A DNA stretch of 64,000 nucleotides from NCBI GenBank assembly GCA_023485445.1, contig JAMCZT010000026.1, forward strand, positions 5,708-69,707. Reading direction: 5' to 3'. The notes under the pieces were generated by a model. The model was not told the origin of the DNA, made no database searches, and worked only from the letters and a program-made list of their open reading frames with translations. This document shows positions 58,516 through 64,000 of the stretch, piece by piece; within the stretch, counting starts at the first letter, position 1, and each line of letters begins with the position of its first letter. The translations under genes were made by a program, and so were the position numbers. This DNA is from Patescibacteria group bacterium. Its GTDB lineage: Bacteria > Patescibacteriota > Microgenomatia > Woykebacterales > 2-01-FULL-43-14.

Positions 58516-58676
58516 ACAGGTATGAGGGGACTTAGATGTAGGAGGTCCCCTCCTTTTTTAAGTATTGTTATTCTTTAAAGTCCGTGTTAAGATAAACCAA
58601 GTTAACGATTGATTGCTGTCTTGGTCTTTTACCTTCTAAATAAGGGTCTTTGAAATCGAAGGGAGGTGAAGAAAAA

Positions 58677-59006
58677 GTGGCTTTACTTTGGTACTTTTTT
58701 GCGGGGTTCTTCTTTTGGAATTCCGTTCCTCATTTGGTCAAAGGCATCACTGGCCAAGAACACATGACTCCTTTTAAGCGTGTTTCGTCCCCAGTCTTAA
58801 ACGTTGTTTGGTCTTTTATTAACGTTATAGTCGGTTTATTTGTCTTGGGGCTGGCGATGGGAACAGGTGGTTTCGTTTGGCCTTGGGGAGCTGATCTTAG
58901 TGGGATGAACCTTTGGGCATTTTTGGTTGGAGGTTTCTTCTGCGCAGTTTGGCTTGCTTCCTTTTGGAGCGATCCGAAAGCTCGCTTGCCTTGGCATAAA
59001 GACTGA
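58677..59006 (+). CDS. Small membrane protein (3 TM)
   Basis: GTG after GGAGGTG; hydrophobic; NSVPHLVKG...TPF...NVVW pattern. Confidence 0.7.
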   Translation: MALLWYFFAGFFFWNSVPHLVKGITGQEHMTPFKRVSSPVLNVVWSFINVIVGLFVLGLAMGTGGFVWPWGADLSGMNLWAFLVGGFFCAVWLASFWSDPKARLPWHKD

Positions 59007-59030
59007 GTTTGGTTATAAATTTTAGCAAAA

Positions 59031-59064
59031 ACGCCCGCGAGGATTTAAAAATCTTTGCGGGCGT
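59031..59064. terminator. Bidirectional terminator between convergent genes
   Basis: ACGCCCGCGAGGATTT/AAATCTTTGCGGGCGT stem. Confidence 0.7.
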
Positions 59065-59071
59065 GGTGTTT

Positions 59072-59437
59072 TTACTTATTTCCAGTTTGCCAAATGATTG
59101 TGTTTGAATTTTTGAAGATCGCAATGTTTGAGACCGTGTCTCCGTTTCTTACTTGGGGAGCTATCGCGACCGGATCCACACCTGGATGCTTTCTTATATA
59201 CCAAGAATAAGTTCTGACAAAATCAGCGCCTGCACAATCGAAGGTTACAACTAGCATTGATCCTGTCTGTTCCTCCTGGTAACCGCACAGTGAAATCGGG
59301 GGGATGGGCGTGATGAAGGGCTTTTGTTCTGGTACGGCGTTTTCCGCCCATGCATTACTTGGAATCCAGACGGCGAGTGCTAACGCTCCCAATATCATAA
59401 GCATCGCAATAGTGTTGATGAGTCTCTCAGCTTTCAT
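59072..59437 (-). CDS. Secreted hypothetical protein
   Basis: Signal-peptide-like N-terminus (…SNAWA-EN); AAGGAG RBS; two Cys. Confidence 0.7.
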   Translation of the reverse strand: MKAERLINTIAMLMILGALALAVWIPSNAWAENAVPEQKPFITPIPPISLCGYQEEQTGSMLVVTFDCAGADFVRTYSWYIRKHPGVDPVAIAPQVRNGDTVSNIAIFKNSNTIIWQTGNK

Positions 59438-59582
59438 TAGTTCTCCTTTTTATTCAAGAAATCTGCTCACTTGAGGGCGGGCAGGTTGTGCACATTATAG
59501 CAGACATTTAGTTACTTGTCAACAATATTGTTATAAATAAACATTATATTAGTGATATAAAATATTTAAAATTTTCTAAAGC

Positions 59583-59628
59583 AAAAAAAGACCCGCAGGG
59601 ATTCGCGATGAATCATATCCCTGCGGGT
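59583..59628 (-). terminator. Intrinsic terminator (minus strand) with no evident upstream CDS
   Basis: 12-bp perfect stem ACCCGCAGGGAT/ATCCCTGCGGGT with an A7 tract on its left. Confidence 0.7.
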
Positions 59629-59671
59629 TGAGGAGATAACTATTTCCGTTTTTTGTCAATCCAGAAGTTGA

Positions 59672-60531
59672 GGGTAATCAAAAGAAGTTGGCACATAACC
59701 ATTAGGAGTAGATAATATGGTTATGTATAAATTTAATCAAATTCCCTCAGAAGCCTAAATTAAAAAGTATCTTCGAAGGACTGTCTTCGGAAAGAATGTT
59801 TACTGTCCGGTTTGTAAATCAAGCAGAGTTTATGCCTGCCAAGATCGTTACCGTTGCCGAAAATGCCGGGTTCGTTTCTCTCTTCTTTCTCACACCTGGT
59901 TATCTAACCTTAAACTTCCCTTGCAACAGTTCTGGCTCGTTTTATGGTGTTGGACGACCCAAATTCCGGTCAGACAAACAGTATCCTTAACTAACCTCTC
60001 TGAACCAACCATCAGACATTGGTTTGAGACTTTTAGAGAACATTTACCTGTGGATCAGGAAGTATTAGAAAAAGTAGTTCAATTAGACGAGGCGTACTTT
60101 GGGGGTAAGAAAGGAAGAGCCTTACTGATGGGAAAAGAGATTGGCAGTAAGAAACTAGCCTATGAGATTCTACCGCACGCTCAACCCTCTAGAGAACATG
60201 CTTGGTTCTTTCTTCAAACATACGTTAAACCAAAAACTACCTTAAATACCGATGGTTCAAGTATCTACAAAGGAATTGATCAGTGGTGGCCAGTTAATCA
60301 CCAAAGAGATATTCATAAGAAGTTTGAATTTGAATTAACTTCTGAGATTGAAGGAATCTTTGGAGTCTTGAAAACATTCATTAGAAGAATGTATCATCAT
60401 GTTACGGTTGACAAGTTAGACTCTGTTGTAGGGGAATTTTGCTACAGATTTTCCCATCCCGAAATGTTCGAAAATCCTTGCTGTTACTTGCAATTTTCAC
60501 TACGTCTTGTGCCAACAGGTTAAGAATACCC
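59672..60531 (+). mobile_element. IS1595-family insertion sequence (~860 bp)
   Basis: Imperfect 28-bp terminal inverted repeats GGGTAATCAAAAGAAGTTGGCACATAAC / GTCTTGTGCCAACAGGTTAAGAATACCC enclosing the transposase. Confidence 0.8.
59717..60523 (+). pseudogene. IS1595 (ISXO2-like) DDE transposase with a premature stop
   Basis: ATG 59717; TAA at codon 14 (59756-59758); in-frame CPVC...CRKC zinc ribbon, LDEAYFGG, TDG, IEG, YHHV, EF..RF. Confidence 0.85.
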
Positions 60532-60772
60532 GAAAATTAGCAACTCGGGACGTGAGGTTAGACCACTAGTTGAGACGATACGCTACCAAGGTATCCTTTT
60601 CGAAGTACACCTCTCCCTTCTCCCCTGGATGGAACCATCTTAATCCGTCATTGATGGTATTGGCATAAACCAACCATCCTTCGGACAGCGGAATCGAAGA
60701 GTTTTTCCCGCTGGCTGCAAACCGCTATTCTCTCCCTAGCTTCCAGATCCACTGGGTCTGTAGCCTATAGAG

Positions 60773-60801
60773 TTGACTTTCAAGCTGATTTTTGGAATAA
60801 T
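60773..60801 (+). promoter_or_regulatory. Promoter of the DGR target gene
   Basis: TTGACT-17-AATAAT; AAGGAG RBS at 60838-60843. Confidence 0.55.
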
Positions 60802-60851
60802 GAAGTTGCTCTGCTTCTAGCAGAAGTAAAAAAAATTAAGGAGAGGTTACT

Positions 60852-61808
60852 GTGGGAAAAACACAGGCGACTCCCGGGCAGATCTGGGAGATGATCAAAG
60901 CACTGGGAGATAGACTCCCGAAAGAGTTAGGCCAAGTTGGCTATCATCAGGACCCAAGGTGGTACAATGAACGAGTTGCTGAACTAGTTCGCTTGTCCAG
61001 GAACTCCCCTGAAGCACAGCAGATCGAACGAATCTTATCTTCTGGGGCGTTAACCGTCGAGAGCTTGTCCAACCCTTACGCTAACGAAAAGGTCAAGCCG
61101 ACCCGGTCCTATCCTAATCCTTGGCCGGTTCTGACTCCAGAACAGTGGGCGGAAGGATACCAAAAGGCTTATCCGGATCTGGATGCTTCTTGCATCCTTG
61201 AACTGGAAAGCGGTTTGGTGATTCCGTCCTGGTGCGATCAGCGTGTGTACTGGCGACCTCGACTCGATCGTTTTGGACAGGTCATCGGAGTCAAGGACCC
61301 CTACGGCAAAGGTTATGGCCCCTGTCTGGAATGGCTGCTCAACCGGCTGGCTGAAATCTACGGTGAGGGCTTTTGCGACTATCGAAAGGGTGCCCTCACT
61401 GAAAAACACGTTCGCCTGGAGTCAACTACGCGGCAATATCTAGAGTGGATTGACTCTCAAACCAAAGGCGACTACGTGCCTGAGATTGGCTCGCTTGGTG
61501 GTTGCTATGCTGGTTACAGTGTTCGTAACTGTCGGGAAGACACAGCCAAAGTGAACAAAGATCGCTGGGCTTGGCCAGCCTTTATTGGCGGCAGCATCTT
61601 ACTGGTCGATCACGTTCGCCTCGGCAGGAACGGCCTTCTGAACATTGACTTTCCGGGGGATGAGTACGATCCTGATGGCCGGTCCCAGTTCGGCGGCTAC
61701 TGCCTGCGCTTCCGCTTCCACGACAGACTTAAGTTCTCCTGCCGCTGGATTGGCTATCCGGATGAGTACTGGGGTTCCGCTGTGGGTTTCCGTCGGTTAA
61801 GGAACTAG
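60852..61808 (+). CDS. Putative DGR target (variable) protein with C-terminal CLec-like variable region
   Basis: C-terminus GDEYDPDG..F..CLRFRFHDRLKFSCRWIGYPDEYWGSAVGFR; NNC-rich codons; lies directly upstream of the RT remnant. Confidence 0.72.
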   Translation: MGKTQATPGQIWEMIKALGDRLPKELGQVGYHQDPRWYNERVAELVRLSRNSPEAQQIERILSSGALTVESLSNPYANEKVKPTRSYPNPWPVLTPEQWAEGYQKAYPDLDASCILELESGLVIPSWCDQRVYWRPRLDRFGQVIGVKDPYGKGYGPCLEWLLNRLAEIYGEGFCDYRKGALTEKHVRLESTTRQYLEWIDSQTKGDYVPEIGSLGGCYAGYSVRNCREDTAKVNKDRWAWPAFIGGSILLVDHVRLGRNGLLNIDFPGDEYDPDGRSQFGGYCLRFRFHDRLKFSCRWIGYPDEYWGSAVGFRRLRN

Positions 61809-61852
61809 ATCCTTGAAAACTTGGTTCTTCTAGGTTCTTGTTCCTTGGTTTC

Positions 61853-61920
61853 GTTCCCCTTTGCGTAAAGCTTTGGGGAACAGGCCCGCCTTTTGTAGAA
61901 ATACTTAAGGCGGGTTTTCT
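61853..61920 (+). terminator. Two hairpins downstream of the VR (candidate DGR cis hairpin plus terminator)
   Basis: GTTCCCC/GGGGAAC (61853-61881) and CCCGCCTT/AAGGCGGG (61885-61914) followed by a T tract. Confidence 0.6.
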
Positions 61921-62026
61921 TTTCTCTAAATTTTTTGTACAATTTCGCTAGATACTAGGTTAATGAATTCTAACCTACGGGTTAGGGCCACCGAATTTTT
62001 CTGTTTCCCAAAAAGTCAGAGCCTTA

Positions 62027-62490
62027 TCTTTCAAGGTTACTGAGGGCAAAGGAATTCCAATCGGTAATTTGACCAGTCAGCTCTTTGCCAATGTTTATCT
62101 CAATCAGCTAGATCAGTTTGTGAAGCACAGATTAAAAGCCAAATATTATTTGCGCTATGCCGATGATTTTATTCTCTTGCATCAGGATAAAGAGTTCTTA
62201 ATTCAAGCCCTTGGTGGGTTGGAACGTTTCCTCGCTGATGAACTCAAGTTAAGCCTCCACCAAACAAAATAACTCTAAGCAAGATTAATCAGGGCATTGA
62301 CTTTGTGGGTTACGTCGCTTTGCTCAACTATCAAGTTTTAAGAGCGAAAACCAGGAGAAGAATCTTCAGGAAAGTAGCTCAACAAATTCAGGAGTTTAAA
62401 CAAGGGAAAATCGGGGCAAAGCCCTTAAATCAATCAATTCAGTCCTACTTAGTATTTTAATTCACGCTAATAATCATAGAATGATTTGAA
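62027..62490 (+). pseudogene. DGR-type reverse transcriptase, C-terminal half, frameshifted
   Basis: GKGIPIGNLTSQLFANVYLNQLDQFVK, YLRYADDF; after a frameshift NKI...GIDFVGY...SIQSYL; second frameshift near 62452. Confidence 0.88.
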
Positions 62491-62509
62491 AAATGAGATT
62501 TTATTTTGT

Positions 62510-62599
62510 CCTACTAAACCAGGCTTTTAAGCCAGGGATACAGTAAGAATCAGGACAGAAAGACGGAAACTATGGACTTTAGCCCACGGAGGACGTTAT
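62510..62599. mobile_element. Possible IS200/IS605 end remnant (PATE-like miniature element)
   Basis: Two subterminal-type hairpins, CCAGGCTTTTAAGCCAGG and CTATGGACTTTAGCCCACGGAGGA, with no ORF between them. Confidence 0.4.
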
Positions 62600-62824
62600 T
62601 TAGCCTAGGCAAATTAACTTTCTCACTCTAGCTTCGTTTTCCGAAAAAATAAAAGTTTCTCGCGGTTCGAATTTCAGAAGATAAAAGTGGGAATTTAGCG
62701 AGGCCAGTCAATCTTTTTAGACACTTCGGTCACCTATGATGCCCGACTTGGCTAGCTTTAGCCAACACGTTTAGAACCTTTGGTTGGGAAATTTACCCCA
62801 CCATGTTACTTATTACTGTTTGAG

Positions 62825-62861
62825 AAAAAGAAAAACCGCCTCAGTTTTCACTTTGGCGGTT
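62825..62861 (-). terminator. Terminator of the 62886-63353 gene
   Basis: AACCGCC/GGCGGTT stem with an A-rich tract on the left. Confidence 0.6.
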
Positions 62862-62885
62862 GATTCAGCCTTTTTCCTTTCTCAG

Positions 62886-63353
62886 TTAATGAAGAATGCC
62901 TGCGATAATAAATGACAAGTACCAAAGATAGATCTTGGGTATTGCTTGAATCCCCTTGTACACCAGAAGAGCTTTCACGTCAGGCGCTTTTAGAAAGCTA
63001 ACCGTTCGTTTACGTGGACGAAAGAGGAAAATCCCTAATGCTACAGGTATTAGCAGTGATAGTCCTGCAAAGATTGGATTTCCTGTTTTTGTTACCAAGG
63101 CTGAAGCTGCAATCACAGGTACGATAAGAAATGTGGTTGCTAAAATAATGTTGAATCCTGCAGCGAGAAATAAAGACTCGGATATCACGCTTAAGTATTC
63201 TCCTCTGTCCAAACGGATCTCCCATTCAAACGTCGTCAGGTGCAGACTTTTACCTTGGTTTTTTCTGAGGAATTTTAGGAATGGATCCCAGATTTCCAGT
63301 CCCGTTGCGACAACTGCCAAAGCTACAATAGGCGCCAGTAATTCTTTCGGCAT
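62886..63353 (-). CDS. Hypothetical membrane protein
   Basis: ATG after AAGGGAG; about 4 hydrophobic segments. Confidence 0.65.
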   Translation of the reverse strand: MPKELLAPIVALAVVATGLEIWDPFLKFLRKNQGKSLHLTTFEWEIRLDRGEYLSVISESLFLAAGFNIILATTFLIVPVIAASALVTKTGNPIFAGLSLLIPVALGIFLFRPRKRTVSFLKAPDVKALLVYKGIQAIPKIYLWYLSFIIAGILH

Positions 63354-63500
63354 TTTTCTTTCTCCCTTCGTTTTCAGATACTGAATTTGTGACAAATTAT
63401 ATCATTGATTAACAAAATTATCAATTATAGGGTTGGATGATAGGTTAAATAATGGTAAAATATATTGATATAACAAGATAAAATATGGTTCGAAAGTCAT

Positions 63501-63574
63501 TGGCTGCGGGACTAGGATTCGAACCTAGGTAACATGCTCCAGGGGCATGTGTCCTACCGCTAGACGATCCCGCA
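63501..63574 (-). tRNA. tRNA-Gln (anticodon CUG)
   Basis: TGCGGGA/TCCCGCA acceptor stem plus GCCA; D-arm; CATGC/GCATG anticodon stem with loop CCCTGGA; GGTTCGAATCC T-arm. Confidence 0.93.
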
Positions 63575-63610
63575 ATACTGCTTAAAAAAATTCGACAGGA
63601 TCTACAAAAG

Positions 63611-63656
63611 AGATTCTATCGCTTCACCGGCAAAGCCGGATTCGCTCTAGAATGAC
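63611..63656. repeat. Half copy of the AGATTC...AATGAC palindromic element
   Basis: AGATTCTA...CCGGCAAAGCCGG...TAGAATGAC in the tRNA leader. Confidence 0.5.
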
Positions 63657-63768
63657 AGTAATTGATAGCCTGACGACAGTACACTCCATTATACCGAATT
63701 TTGAGGCTAAAGACAAATACGATCCCAAAATTATTTACATTATCTACCTAATAGGCTACACTTTCTTT

Positions 63769-64000
63769 ATGATTGAAGTAGAAAAGAAGCTTCTCTTAAC
63801 GGAAACAGAAACGGAAAAATTAATTCAAGGGGCATCTTTCCTGGGTGAAAAGACTTTTACCGATGCTTACTATGATAATGAAAATTATGACTTGACTAGA
63901 AACGATCTTTGGTTAAGGACTCGAGATGGAAGATTCGAACTAAAAGTCCCTTTAAATGAAGGAAAAAGCGCGCACGAAAGAATTTTAGACCGGTACCGGG
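63769..64000 (+). CDS. CYTH-domain (class IV adenylate cyclase/triphosphate tunnel) protein, partial
   Basis: MIEVEKK...DAYYD...WLRTRDGRFELK; leaderless TTTACA-17-TACACT promoter; runs off the window end. Confidence 0.8.
   Translation, partial: MIEVEKKLLLTETETEKLIQGASFLGEKTFTDAYYDNENYDLTRNDLWLRTRDGRFELKVPLNEGKSAHERILDRYR

Noticed and set aside
59796-59990. 64-aa ORF as a separate IS gene or programmed frameshift partner
   Set aside because: The zinc ribbon and DDE domain are already in a single frame, interrupted only by one stop codon.
62027-62490. RT remnant as a group II intron or retron
   Set aside because: Has the DGR-type GNLTSQ motif, a short C-terminus without a recognisable maturase domain or intron domain V, no VTG retron motif, and an adjacent VR-bearing target.
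2916-63384. Many short ORFs overlapping longer genes (e.g. 6846-7355, 39948-40250, 51285-51686, 61050-61409, 62956-63384)
   Set aside because: Antisense or out-of-frame to well-supported CDSs, with no recognisable motifs.
55153-63500. Prophage or integrative element next to tRNA-Gln
   Set aside because: No integrase, phage structural genes or duplicated tRNA 3' end seen; treated as an accreted variable region.
1-64000. Alternative genetic code (UGA as Gly, as in Gracilibacteria/SR1)
   Set aside because: TGA terminates complete conserved genes (gmhA, glyQS, mraZ, ftsI), so code 11 fits.

Overview
Bacterial chromosomal window, most likely from a Patescibacteria/CPR (Microgenomates-like) genome. 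This is inferred from the N-terminally shortened MurE/MurF, alpha2-type GlyRS, DUF4012 protein, MurA insertion and CPR-type DGR target; it is not proven. Layout: 5' part of secA and an isolated purD (minus strand); a ~35 kb plus-strand surface-glycan locus (rml genes, galE, yvcK-glmS, two Wzx flippases, wecB, about 13 glycosyltransferases, 4 SAM methyltransferases, gmhA, a WaaL/Wzy-like protein, manC, priming transferase, DUF4012); recO-glyQS; two acyl-carrier-protein-like genes; a non-canonical dcw cluster (mraZ to murF); and an accessory region (55.1-63.4 kb) ending at tRNA-Gln. The accessory region holds a decayed diversity-generating retroelement (intact target, broken RT, no template repeat in the window), a nonsense-disrupted IS1595 element, and a ~290-nt promoter- and terminator-bounded, highly base-paired non-coding RNA candidate with a possible IS-interrupted relative. 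All calls are from manual motif reading; no database searches or folding programs were run.
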